38,696 nucleotides of DNA from a virus: IMG/VR virus record IMGVR_UViG_3300013370_000001, positions 1 to 38,696 of that record. One strand, given 5' to 3'. The number at the start of each line of letters is the position of its first letter. The first letter of the stretch is position 1. Below, in pieces: positions 23,615 through 31,041 of this stretch. The notes below the pieces were generated by a model. It was not told the DNA's origin, searched no databases, and saw only the letters and a program-made list of their open reading frames with translations. The translations under genes and the position numbers were made by a program.

Positions 23615-23905
23615 TCACTGGTTTTTACGTGGTCTGCCAGTCCGCTTTTTAACACCTGATAGCAACTCACAAGCTGCTACTCTATCATAAACTGCCTTGC
23701 CTGTTGTGCCTTGATTAATCAATTCTAATCGCTTGCGTATGGTCTCTTTGCTGATTGACTGATAACGCTCAGATAACCAAGAAACGTCAACATAGTTTGG
23801 CATGTCATTAGATATTGACACTACCTCACCACCTGCCAAGCTGCCACCGATGAAAATCTTAGGCGGCTGCTGTGAGCGTATTTTGATTGTGTATTCATTA
23901 GTCAT
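23615..23905 (-). CDS. Putative excisionase / small DNA-binding protein
   Basis: 96 aa. HTH-like VSWLSERYQSISKETIRKRL and a basic C-terminal RTGRPRK. It is the last gene of the leftward operon, next to attP. Confidence 0.4.
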   Translation of the reverse strand: MTNEYTIKIRSQQPPKIFIGGSLAGGEVVSISNDMPNYVDVSWLSERYQSISKETIRKRLELINQGTTGKAVYDRVAACELLSGVKKRTGRPRKNQ

Positions 23906-24197
23906 CTGTCACCTCTCCTAATATCGTGCCGTCAAAACAAGCAAGGTTTTTTATCGGTGTTATACCCTCAATCGGATAAGCCTCGTTCAAATAATCACGC
24001 AAGCGGATAGCGTCATCATGCGGTAGCTCGATAGACGTATGGTTGCATTCGAATAAATCACCATTAGCTAGCGTTACTTTCGATGATGTTATATTTAGCA
24101 CGTCATCAATTTTATAAGCTGCCATGTCCACCTTGCGCTTTACCGTGCTCAGTACCTTTCTGTATTGATAAATAAATGATCTATCACCCACAATCAC
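23898..24197 (-). CDS. Hypothetical protein (start uncertain: GTG 24197/24191 or ATG 24125)
   Basis: Open frame in the operon. Overlaps both neighbours by a few nt. Confidence 0.45.
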   Translation of the reverse strand: MIVGDRSFIYQYRKVLSTVKRKVDMAAYKIDDVLNITSSKVTLANGDLFECNHTSIELPHDDAIRLRDYLNEAYPIEGITPIKNLACFDGTILGEVTDD

Positions 24198-24922
24198 TCT
24201 CCTTTACTATTTTGCATAGTGCTAATAAATGGCGTTAAATCAGGCTTGCTATAACCATCTGGCTTCATAATCTTGCCGTTTTCATCAAACTCAAAATTGC
24301 CGTCAACCATCTTGCTATTGTTTGAGCGTATGACCTCTTTTAATGCGCCCTCAATATCAAAGCCCATCATATAAGCTACACCAGTGGCGGTTACGATTTG
24401 GTCGCATAGTGCGTCTAGTAGCTCGATATGGTCTTTTGGCTGCATACTGTCAATCAACACAGACTCAACGATACCGTCAACGCTCAAATGCCTCATCTTG
24501 TACGTGTCGGCAATACTGCTCATCATTTGCGATGCTCGATGGTCATGACCCTGCATAGACTCCATCATCTCTGCCACTTCTTCATAATGACAGCCAACTT
24601 GGGTGCAAACGTCATTTTTTGTAGGCTCAGGCTTTGCAGCCTTAAACCAATTGCGAATATCGGTTATCGAGTCGGGCTTAACATACGGCTGCATCTTCTC
24701 GTTGTAGTGCTTCCAAGCCCATGCTTTGGCTTCGTCGATGGTTGCAAAGCCGGTGGCATAATCAAAATCAGCGCCTTTCTTGGAGTACCTAACTTTTATA
24801 CCCTCACCATCCTTTAGGACAACATAATGATGTAACGGGCTTTCTGATATCGACACTGGCGCCAACATAGGGTCTTCATCTAAATCTTGCCAAACCAACG
24901 GCTGTAACGGTAAATTATTCAT
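24194..24922 (-). CDS. Two-domain protein: N-terminal small domain + C-terminal MazG-like NTP pyrophosphohydrolase domain
   Basis: The C-terminal half (CHYEEVAEMMESM ... ELLDALCDQIVTATGVAYMMGFDIEGALKEVIRSNNSKMV.DG...DENGKIMKPDGYSKPDL) matches the phage MazG-like pattern E..E...LDAL.D..V...G....G.D.......V..SN.SK....GK..KP..Y..PDL. Confidence 0.6.
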   Translation of the reverse strand: MNNLPLQPLVWQDLDEDPMLAPVSISESPLHHYVVLKDGEGIKVRYSKKGADFDYATGFATIDEAKAWAWKHYNEKMQPYVKPDSITDIRNWFKAAKPEPTKNDVCTQVGCHYEEVAEMMESMQGHDHRASQMMSSIADTYKMRHLSVDGIVESVLIDSMQPKDHIELLDALCDQIVTATGVAYMMGFDIEGALKEVIRSNNSKMVDGNFEFDENGKIMKPDGYSKPDLTPFISTMQNSKGE

Positions 24923-25124
24923 CACTTACTCCATATTTATTATGATAGTTTTCTGCCCATTGTTTAGCCGCTGCTACACTGTCGAAATCGCTTGATGGAA
25001 ACTCCAGATAATCACCTCTTGCGCTATAAATCACACGATGACTATTACCTGTTGTCTCAATCCGATAGTTATGACTATCAGTGTTTGCCACATCATTTGT
25101 CGTCCAGTTTAGTTTTTGGGTCAT
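24915..25124 (-). CDS. Hypothetical protein, paralogous to the N-terminal domain of the downstream MazG-like protein
   Basis: HNYRIETTGNSHRVIYSARGDYLEFPSSDFDSVAAAKQWAENYHNKY aligns with HHYVVLKDGEGIKVRYSKKGADFDYATGFATIDEAKAWAWKHYNEKM. Confidence 0.5.
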   Translation of the reverse strand: MTQKLNWTTNDVANTDSHNYRIETTGNSHRVIYSARGDYLEFPSSDFDSVAAAKQWAENYHNKYGVSDE

Positions 25125-25136
25125 TTATTATTATCC

Positions 25137-25466
25137 TTATCTGCTAACTTCTATTATTGCATCAGGGTATTTAATGCAAGCGTCTAAATAACTTTTAGTA
25201 AAATTTATCAATCCGTCAACATCGCCCCAGCCATTTTCGGGGTTCATCGCTTTCATTCTTTCATAGTTTAAATACATCATTCCAAGCGAACGTCTTAGGT
25301 TCTCGATATTGTCAGCAGCCCTAACCACTCCTACGCTTTCAGGTCGCCATAGGTAGTGATAAGCGCCCGCTACTTTTGCCATATCATTTACGTTGTGGGT
25401 TATATTGCCGCCCCACACGCAAAACTCAGTGTTACTATCATCACGTAACCATATATCTAGTGACAT
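25137..25466 (-). CDS. Hypothetical protein (109 aa)
   Basis: ATG with AAGGA SD. Lies in the leftward operon. Confidence 0.5.
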   Translation of the reverse strand: MSLDIWLRDDSNTEFCVWGGNITHNVNDMAKVAGAYHYLWRPESVGVVRAADNIENLRRSLGMMYLNYERMKAMNPENGWGDVDGLINFTKSYLDACIKYPDAIIEVSR

Positions 25467-25653
25467 TTTTATTATCCTTCTAATTAAAATAGGGTGCCCG
25501 TATCGTGGGCGCTCGGCTTTGCCTTGACTGCTTTTTCAAAGCACATGCGATATGTCGAGTATCACACGTAAGGAGTGTCAATCGCGGCTGTAAGTGTTAT
25601 TCGTCACGGCTTACGATAACGGCGTGTATTAGCTCCCACGCAGGATAAGCTTG

Positions 25654-26133
25654 TTAAAAAGGTATATTTTGGTCTACTACGGCATCTGCCATTGTTTGCG
25701 GCGCTTGGCTCATTTGATTATTAAAGCCTTGCTGTTGGTTGTTGTTCTGCTGTTGGTTGCCTTGCTGCTGATTGTTATAGCCGCCGTTTTGCTGCTGATG
25801 GTTGTTTGACGGTTGCTGATAGCCGTTATTCTGTTGGTTATCACTTCTACTGCCTTGCAATTTAATACTGTTGACGCGTATCTCTTTATACTGCTTACCG
25901 TCGTACTCACGCTCGCTCATTTCACCAATCACGGTTACTGGGTTGCCTTTTTTAAGATATTGCGCCAGTGCTGCACCTTGATTTCCCCATAGCGAGCAAC
26001 TAAAGAACATCGTTTGCTTTTTATCGCCAAACCCCGTGTCTGCTGCTACTGAAAAGCCGCATACTTGTGAATTACCTGCTTGGCGTAGTTCTGCGTCTTT
26101 TGTTAAATTCCCTGCTACGATTGCTTCGATCAT
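25654..26133 (-). CDS. ssb: Single-stranded DNA-binding protein
   Basis: OB-fold N-terminus (GNLTKDAELRQ...), a Q/N/G-rich linker and the canonical acidic tip DQNIPF. Confidence 0.92.
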   Translation of the reverse strand: MIEAIVAGNLTKDAELRQAGNSQVCGFSVAADTGFGDKKQTMFFSCSLWGNQGAALAQYLKKGNPVTVIGEMSEREYDGKQYKEIRVNSIKLQGSRSDNQQNNGYQQPSNNHQQQNGGYNNQQQGNQQQNNNQQQGFNNQMSQAPQTMADAVVDQNIPF

Positions 26134-26149
26134 AATATTTCTCTCTTAT

Positions 26150-26788
26150 TTACTTAGTGTAGTCACGCTTACAAGGTTTACCCTCTGAGCGCCATTTATT
26201 AATTAGATTGTTTAGGTCGGTCAAGATAGACTTAACCTCGTCTGCCATACCGTCATAGGCGTACATATCAAGCGTGTGGTAGTCTTTTATTTCTACCGTT
26301 TGACCGTATTCACGCACCGGCTTACATTCAAAAATCTGATAAGTAAACTGGCTCTTATTTCGCATGGTCAAGTAAGTGCGCCACTGCCAAGCATCAAAGT
26401 AGCGCTCAGGCTTATAACTGCCCGTTAGTTTATGGTCATAGACCGTGTAGGGCGTTTCAACATCAATCATGCCTACCAAGTCCACACCATCTATAAGCTG
26501 CATAACGTGCTTATTTTCACGCTCGTATGGCAGACCAAGGCAGATAACATGATTGTCATCTGAATTGAATAGAGCGTCTAAATTAAACGTAAAGCCGTCC
26601 ATTTCAACAACGCTATGACTGTTGTTTGTCTGCTCTAAGTGCTTATGCCAAGCCGTCCCTGCTGCCATAGCAGGGTTTTGAGTAAAAGCACCATAGAAAC
26701 GGTCATACAATTCATCTTCCGACATTTCGCTATCTAAGAAATACTGATAGCTATCAAGCCATGTGACTGATATGCGGTTATTCGACAT
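26150..26788 (-). CDS. PD-(D/E)XK-type nuclease candidate (recombination exonuclease)
   Basis: GMIDVETPYTVYDHKLT fits D...(D/E)xK. Overlaps the Sak4-like gene upstream. Position lies between the Sak4-like gene and ssb. Confidence 0.45.
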   Translation of the reverse strand: MSNNRISVTWLDSYQYFLDSEMSEDELYDRFYGAFTQNPAMAAGTAWHKHLEQTNNSHSVVEMDGFTFNLDALFNSDDNHVICLGLPYERENKHVMQLIDGVDLVGMIDVETPYTVYDHKLTGSYKPERYFDAWQWRTYLTMRNKSQFTYQIFECKPVREYGQTVEIKDYHTLDMYAYDGMADEVKSILTDLNNLINKWRSEGKPCKRDYTK

Positions 26789-27752
26789 TAGCCACCTCTG
26801 CTTCCTGCTCATTAGCAGGTTCAAATTCACCATCTTCTACCACTGGCTCAGGTTCGATAAAGCTATCGGACGGCTTGTCATAGATAAAACCTAGTGACTT
26901 GCTTCGGCTCATAACGCTTAACGCCATTTCCTTGTAGAGTGGGTGTGACTTGTTGAGGTCAGCTTTTAGCTCGTCAAGGTCGCTTGCAGTTTCTGCATCT
27001 AGCAAGTCATTACGCAAGTCATCAAGCTCTTTTTGCGCCTTGGCTGCTTCCGCTGATAAGCTGTTGATATGGTCTTTGGTGGCTTGAATGATATTGGCTA
27101 GCTGATTAGGTGCTTCCGTCATCGGTACGATTTGAACATTACCAATTCGTCCACTGTCTTTAGCCAAGTAAGTAGAGCTAGGCATAAAGTTGAGTACTTT
27201 AATATCACCGTTTTGGCTTTGTTGCGTGGTCATATAAGCCATCATGTCAGCTATTTTATAAGCCTCTTTTTTACTACCACCGACCATATCAGGGCGTTTG
27301 ATTACGTTGTCACCGTCTTTATCCTCTGACGCATGAGCTAGCAATACAATGTCTTTGCCCATACCGCGTAGCATCTTGAGCCAGTCGGTAAAGATACTGC
27401 CTAACTTGCCGTAACCTTGCATTGATAACTGACCGCCTCGTGTGGTGTTTCGGCTATCAGTTTTTAGGCTATCGATTATCATATCTAGCGCTCGACCTGC
27501 TGTGTCGATAATGATAGTGTCGTAATTGGCTAAGTCTTGCGCTGTGAATGTTGCCACTTCTTGCCACTTTCCGATCTGTACCGTGTCTTTACGGTTGGAC
27601 GCTCGATAAGCACCCTTGTCAAAGTCAAACAGGATAGGATTTTTAGCGGTGAACGCTAATGATGTTTTCCAGATACCAGGGTCGCCATAGATAAACATGA
27701 TAATATTCTCGATGTTCAACGGCTGCATTGATGTAACGATATTAAGTGCCAT
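26778..27752 (-). CDS. AAA_24 / Sak4-like RecA-core ATPase (single-strand annealing accessory)
   Basis: Walker A-like IYGDPGIWKTSLAF and Walker B-like TIIIDTAGRALD. The length and the neighbouring ssb are typical of Sak4-type modules. Confidence 0.65.
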   Translation of the reverse strand: MALNIVTSMQPLNIENIIMFIYGDPGIWKTSLAFTAKNPILFDFDKGAYRASNRKDTVQIGKWQEVATFTAQDLANYDTIIIDTAGRALDMIIDSLKTDSRNTTRGGQLSMQGYGKLGSIFTDWLKMLRGMGKDIVLLAHASEDKDGDNVIKRPDMVGGSKKEAYKIADMMAYMTTQQSQNGDIKVLNFMPSSTYLAKDSGRIGNVQIVPMTEAPNQLANIIQATKDHINSLSAEAAKAQKELDDLRNDLLDAETASDLDELKADLNKSHPLYKEMALSVMSRSKSLGFIYDKPSDSFIEPEPVVEDGEFEPANEQEAEVANVE

Positions 27753-27763
27753 GATTAAATTCC

Positions 27764-27925
27764 TTATTGTTTGATTTCAGTTTCAATAAATTCTAAGTAG
27801 TCGCCTTGAGCTTCGGTTTCTACCCATTCTCTGTATGCGTCTTGGCTATCCTCAAGCGACCTCTCAAAATCTCTGTCAACGTAAGCGTCACTATCTGATT
27901 GTTGCCACTGCCATTGGTGGTTCAT
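27764..27925 (-). CDS. Small highly acidic protein (53 aa)
   Basis: ATG overlaps the upstream stop (ATGA). MNHQWQWQQSDSDAYVDRDFERSLEDSQDAYREWVETEAQGDYLEFIETEIKQ. Fills an otherwise empty gap. Confidence 0.4.
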   Translation of the reverse strand: MNHQWQWQQSDSDAYVDRDFERSLEDSQDAYREWVETEAQGDYLEFIETEIKQ

Positions 27926-28485
27926 AATCCTGCCTCCGCTGCGGTCAACGGTTCGCCTTGGTTGTTTATTGGCTTGGGGTTTAAATACCTAACACCTTTA
28001 GAGTAAAAATACCCGTTTTGAAAAGTGTCGATAATCACAACTTCTCTTATCGTGCCAACAACACACATAATGTAATTGTCGCCCCGTTCCAACATCGCCC
28101 TGCAAAGCTCACTACCCGTAAGCTCACTACTCAAATCAACCTCTGCCAACTCTTTTGCTATGTCACGCTCGATTAGCGAGTTTTGCCAGTTTGAGGCGTC
28201 GTGCTCACCAACATGGCGTCTAAACCCACCTAAAACACAAGCCCATTGAGCGTGGTCTAATCTTGGTTTTGTCTCGTAGTCGCACCGAGTGCCATCTGCA
28301 TCAACCGCATCAAACCGCCACTTTTCATCTAGCCCGTCAAAGATACTTTGGTCTAGCTGCTTGAGCTGTGGTTTTGAGTTAATATCAATAACGTTCTTTT
28401 CGGACAGCTCTATCTTTAAATTAGTTAATTCAGTGGCTAGGTTGTATATATCTCGCTGCAATTGCTTTTTAGTTACCTTACTCAT
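27922..28485 (-). CDS. Hypothetical protein (187 aa)
   Basis: ATG with AAGGGG SD. Has an N-terminal coiled-coil-like segment. Confidence 0.5.
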   Translation of the reverse strand: MSKVTKKQLQRDIYNLATELTNLKIELSEKNVIDINSKPQLKQLDQSIFDGLDEKWRFDAVDADGTRCDYETKPRLDHAQWACVLGGFRRHVGEHDASNWQNSLIERDIAKELAEVDLSSELTGSELCRAMLERGDNYIMCVVGTIREVVIIDTFQNGYFYSKGVRYLNPKPINNQGEPLTAAEAGL

Positions 28486-28488
28486 AAT

Positions 28489-28815
28489 CTACCCCTTAAT
28501 CCGTTTCAGGCTTTCATTCGCCGCTTTAATCTCTTTAGCCTTTGCCGACTGGTCGTAGTCATCGATATAACCATCGCTAGTCAATGGCACCCATTCGTTG
28601 CTTGCTAAGCCGTCAACCATCTTGTAAGCCTTGCCGTCGATTGCTTGATAAGTCACATCGTCGTCAATGTCAGCTTGATTATCCAAGTTGTCGTACTTGT
28701 GATTAATAATGACCGATTGCTTGCTGTCGTATTCTTTATCGACTGCCGGAGCTATTGCCCAAACATTAGCAGCGATGATTAACGCTGCTAGGGGAGTGAT
28801 AATTTTCATGCTCAT
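28489..28815 (-). CDS. Secreted/periplasmic small protein (cleavable signal peptide)
   Basis: MSMKIITPLAALIIAANVWA-IAP is a typical Sec signal. The mature part is acidic. Confidence 0.55.
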   Translation of the reverse strand: MSMKIITPLAALIIAANVWAIAPAVDKEYDSKQSVIINHKYDNLDNQADIDDDVTYQAIDGKAYKMVDGLASNEWVPLTSDGYIDDYDQSAKAKEIKAANESLKRIKG

Positions 28816-29018
28816 TTCGCCACCTCACTCTTTAGTACCAAGTCATATCGTTCAGGCAATATAGCCATCGGCTTATCTTGCGAGAGTGACGCTAAAACCA
28901 TTTGCAGCATCATTTGTTGCTGCGCTGTCGTACCAATCTGCACTATGCGACCATCGGGCATTCGCTTGATTAAACCGATGTGCTCAACATCTTCTGCAAA
29001 ACCGTGGTTTATGCTCAT
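28812..29018 (-). CDS. Hypothetical protein (68 aa)
   Basis: AAGGAGAAGG SD. Has a 4-nt overlap with the next gene. Confidence 0.5.
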   Translation of the reverse strand: MSINHGFAEDVEHIGLIKRMPDGRIVQIGTTAQQQMMLQMVLASLSQDKPMAILPERYDLVLKSEVAK

Positions 29019-29176
29019 GCGCCTTCTCCTTCTTCAATCACGCGTTCAACTTCAAATTTCACTTGGCGCTTTAAGCGTCTAGTAACCTTGCTTCGCGCTT
29101 CCATACGTGTTGAGCCTAAGTGATACTCTACGCAATAGACGCCGTGGTCATAAAATGCTAATTCCCAAAGTTTCAT
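29015..29176 (-). CDS. Hypothetical protein (53 aa from ATG 29176; the track TTG start at 29203 is less likely)
   Basis: AGGAG lies 7 nt upstream of the ATG at 29176. Confidence 0.45.
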   Translation of the reverse strand: MKLWELAFYDHGVYCVEYHLGSTRMEARSKVTRRLKRQVKFEVERVIEEGEGA

Positions 29177-29187
29177 TTCTGCGCTCC

Positions 29188-29532
29188 TTATGCGTATTGC
29201 CAATCTGAGTTAGTAAAGCCATATGTGCGTTGGTCGTAGTAATCAGGTTCGTACTCGTAGCACTCGATAGGGTTATCAGCTAGATACTTGTCAATAACCG
29301 TCTTAATCGGCTGCTCATGCTCGATAAGCATCACGTAGTCGTAGTCTTCGCTAATACCGTTTATCTCTTGGTAGCAATCACCTACGCTTAGTAGCTTGAT
29401 GTTCTGTCGGCTGTCAGTCTCAAAGTAAATCTCAACTGATACATTGTTTGGCATTGCGATATAAACTGTGCCACTTGTGCCTGATTCGCTTAACTCGTGG
29501 TCAGCATTGCTATCTAGTTTAAAATTTGTCAT
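29188..29532 (-). CDS. Strongly acidic hypothetical protein (114 aa, net charge about -16)
   Basis: About 22 D/E against 6 K/R by manual count. AAGGA SD. Confidence 0.5.
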   Translation of the reverse strand: MTNFKLDSNADHELSESGTSGTVYIAMPNNVSVEIYFETDSRQNIKLLSVGDCYQEINGISEDYDYVMLIEHEQPIKTVIDKYLADNPIECYEYEPDYYDQRTYGFTNSDWQYA

Positions 29533-29591
29533 AATGATTTCCTTGTTAGTAAGTAAGCCGCCACCGTTGTCCAGACATTGGCGGCTTTTTT
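29507..29591 (+). ncRNA. Candidate ~50-nt cis-antisense RNA (promoter TTGCTA-17-CATAAT plus a strong intrinsic terminator) opposing the leftward operon
   Basis: -35 at 29507-29512, exact 17-nt spacer, -10 at 29530-29535. 9-bp GC-rich stem AAGCCGCCA/TGGCGGCTT (29555-29587) followed by T6. No plus-strand gene is present to explain the terminator. Confidence 0.4.
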
Positions 29592-29598
29592 GCGTCTG

Positions 29599-29784
29599 TT
29601 ATTTGTCCTTAAAGACCTTTAGTTTTTTCATTAAGTCTTTATCTCTGCTGTTTTCGCTAGCCTCTTTGTCGTCTATAGCGATAGACGATTCCCAGACATT
29701 AGCTCTAAACTCAAGTGCGGTTAATATCGTATGTAAGTCGTACTGTGTAACCGCAATTCGTATTACTTTGTCTTTATCACTCAT
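29599..29784 (-). CDS. Hypothetical protein (61 aa)
   Basis: AGGAGA SD upstream of the ATG. Confidence 0.5.
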   Translation of the reverse strand: MSDKDKVIRIAVTQYDLHTILTALEFRANVWESSIAIDDKEASENSRDKDLMKKLKVFKDK

Positions 29785-29843
29785 ACCCTTATCTCCTAGT
29801 TAGTACGCAATAGCCGTCGATTAAAACGGCTATGATTTAATAG

Positions 29844-30101
29844 CTACTTACTTACCGCCAGCTCTACGGCTGTCACAGCAGCGTTATAACCACGTTCCCA
29901 GTCTTGCGGTAACGTGCGCTTGCCGTCATGTAGGGCTTGCAGTATCTTTTTAAGTTGAGCCTTTTCTGCTTGCTCGATGCGCTCTTTGGTTGAGATTCGC
30001 ATCTTTGGCTCAGTCTTAACTTTAAAAATATTACTCATTTCTTTTTTTCGCTTTTCTTGACGCGCAATATCTTCTTTAATATTCATTTTTATTACCTTCA
30101 T
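29844..30101 (-). CDS. First gene of the PL operon, basic helical protein (start 30101 or, with a better SD, 30086)
   Basis: Lys/Arg/Glu-rich N-terminus MNIKEDIARQEKRKKEM. It occupies the position of lambda N, but no boxB was found. Confidence 0.5.
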   Translation of the reverse strand: MKVIKMNIKEDIARQEKRKKEMSNIFKVKTEPKMRISTKERIEQAEKAQLKKILQALHDGKRTLPQDWERGYNAAVTAVELAVSK

Positions 30102-30148
30102 CGCGTTAAATAATCAGTGATTGGTGTGTTTTCCTAATCAGTACGTCC

Positions 30149-30177
30149 ATTATAGGCATACCTTTATTATATGTCAA
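30149..30177 (-). promoter_or_regulatory. PL: consensus sigma70 promoter TTGACA-17-TATAAT (minus strand)
   Basis: The reverse complement of 30149-30177 reads TTGACA TATAATAAAGGTATGCC TATAAT. An operator lies inside the spacer. Confidence 0.8.
30151..30166. promoter_or_regulatory. Operator OL1 (TAAAGGTATGCCTATA on the minus strand)
   Basis: 15/16 identical to the operator inside PR. Palindromic half-sites TATAGG/CCTATA. Confidence 0.7.
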
Positions 30178-30191
30178 CAGGCATACCGATA
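30176..30191. promoter_or_regulatory. Operator OL2 (degenerate copy, 13/16)
   Basis: AACAGGCATACCGATA compared with TATAGGCATACCTATA. Overlaps the PL -35. Confidence 0.45.
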
Positions 30192-30232
30192 TTTATTTAA
30201 AATAATATCAATTTACCATTATCAGCAGACGT

Positions 30233-30258
30233 AAAAAAGCCCACTCAAATGGTGGGCT
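30233..30258 (-). terminator. Intrinsic terminator downstream of cI (minus strand)
   Basis: On the minus strand, AGCCCAC-catttga-GTGGGCT followed by TTTTTT. Confidence 0.75.
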
Positions 30259-30275
30259 TCTTGCTCTGTAAGGGT

Positions 30276-30965
30276 TTAGAGTATGCCAGCTTGCCAAACA
30301 ATGCGACCTTGCACATCTACTTCGCTCATTGTATCAGCACTAATCTCAATATCAGGATAGCTAGATTTATCGGTATTATCTGAGCGCATAACCCATTTAT
30401 CATATAGATTAACAAGGCGCTTAATGTATAGCTGACCATCAATGCAGATGATATAGATCTTAGTTGATTGTGGCTGTATAGCTGATTTATCGACCAGTAG
30501 CACCTGACCATCTTCGATAGTTGGTGACATAGAATCACCTTGAGCATAGATAGTCGCTAGGTTTTTGCTATCAACATTCATCGCATTAATCCAGTCGCGC
30601 TTAAAAGCCAAGCCACCCTTTACTGTTACATCGCCTATTAATGCACCACTGCCGCAGCTCCCTGCCACGTCGTACTGGTCAATCATCACATAGTCGTCAT
30701 TACTTGCTCTTTGATTCTCGTTACCCACAACAACATAATCGCTCAACTTGTTACTGACAGCCATCTCTCCTTCGCCAGTAGCAAGCCATTCAGGGTTAAC
30801 TTTAAACAAACTAGCCAAGTCAACAATACGCGAAGTGCTTTTGCTTAAGCCTCTCTCCAGCTCACTATAAGTAGACTGTTTCATATTAGAGATATTCTTT
30901 TCGATATCTTTTTGGGTTAATCCAGCGTTTTTTCTAGCGCGCTTCAATCTGTCTTTAAGTTCCAT
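30276..30965 (-). CDS. cI: CI-type repressor: XRE-family HTH + S24 (LexA-like) autopeptidase domain
   Basis: HTH LTQKDIEKNISNMKQSTYSELERG. S24 motifs GDSMSPTIEDGQVLLVD (Ser) and LYIKRL (Lys). GGAGG SD lies 5 nt before the ATG at 30965. Confidence 0.9.
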   Translation of the reverse strand: MELKDRLKRARKNAGLTQKDIEKNISNMKQSTYSELERGLSKSTSRIVDLASLFKVNPEWLATGEGEMAVSNKLSDYVVVGNENQRASNDDYVMIDQYDVAGSCGSGALIGDVTVKGGLAFKRDWINAMNVDSKNLATIYAQGDSMSPTIEDGQVLLVDKSAIQPQSTKIYIICIDGQLYIKRLVNLYDKWVMRSDNTDKSSYPDIEISADTMSEVDVQGRIVWQAGIL

Positions 30966-30994
30966 TGTCGCCTCCATCGGTTATAACTTTATAT

Positions 30995-31010
30995 TATAGG
31001 CAGACCTATA
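30995..31010. promoter_or_regulatory. Operator OR3-like, perfect palindrome TATAGGCAGACCTATA, overlapping a PRM-like -10
   Basis: The 6-bp arms are exact inverted repeats. A minus-strand TATAAT (30993-30998) overlaps it and lies about 25 nt upstream of the cI ATG. Confidence 0.65.
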
Positions 31011-31041
31011 TTAATGCAATATATTTAATTAGCTTTGCTAG

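Noticed and set aside
24194-24922. The MazG-like gene as part of a 2-aminoadenine (Z-genome) pathway (MazZ).
   Set aside because: No PurZ (adenylosuccinate synthetase-like) or DatZ (HD dATPase) candidate exists anywhere in the 38.6-kb genome.
29810-29833. A perfect 8-bp hairpin ATAGCCGT-cgattaaa-ACGGCTAT between two leftward early genes, as a possible terminator.
   Set aside because: There is no U-tract on either strand. It may be an mRNA-stabilising or processing hairpin, but nothing specific can be supported.
29844-30148. The first PL gene as a lambda N-type antiterminator with a nutL site.
   Set aside because: The position and the basic N-terminus fit. However, I found no convincing boxA/boxB hairpin in the leader, only an imperfect TGATTGG/CCTAATCA stem. 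The Arg-rich motif is weak, being mostly Lys/Glu.
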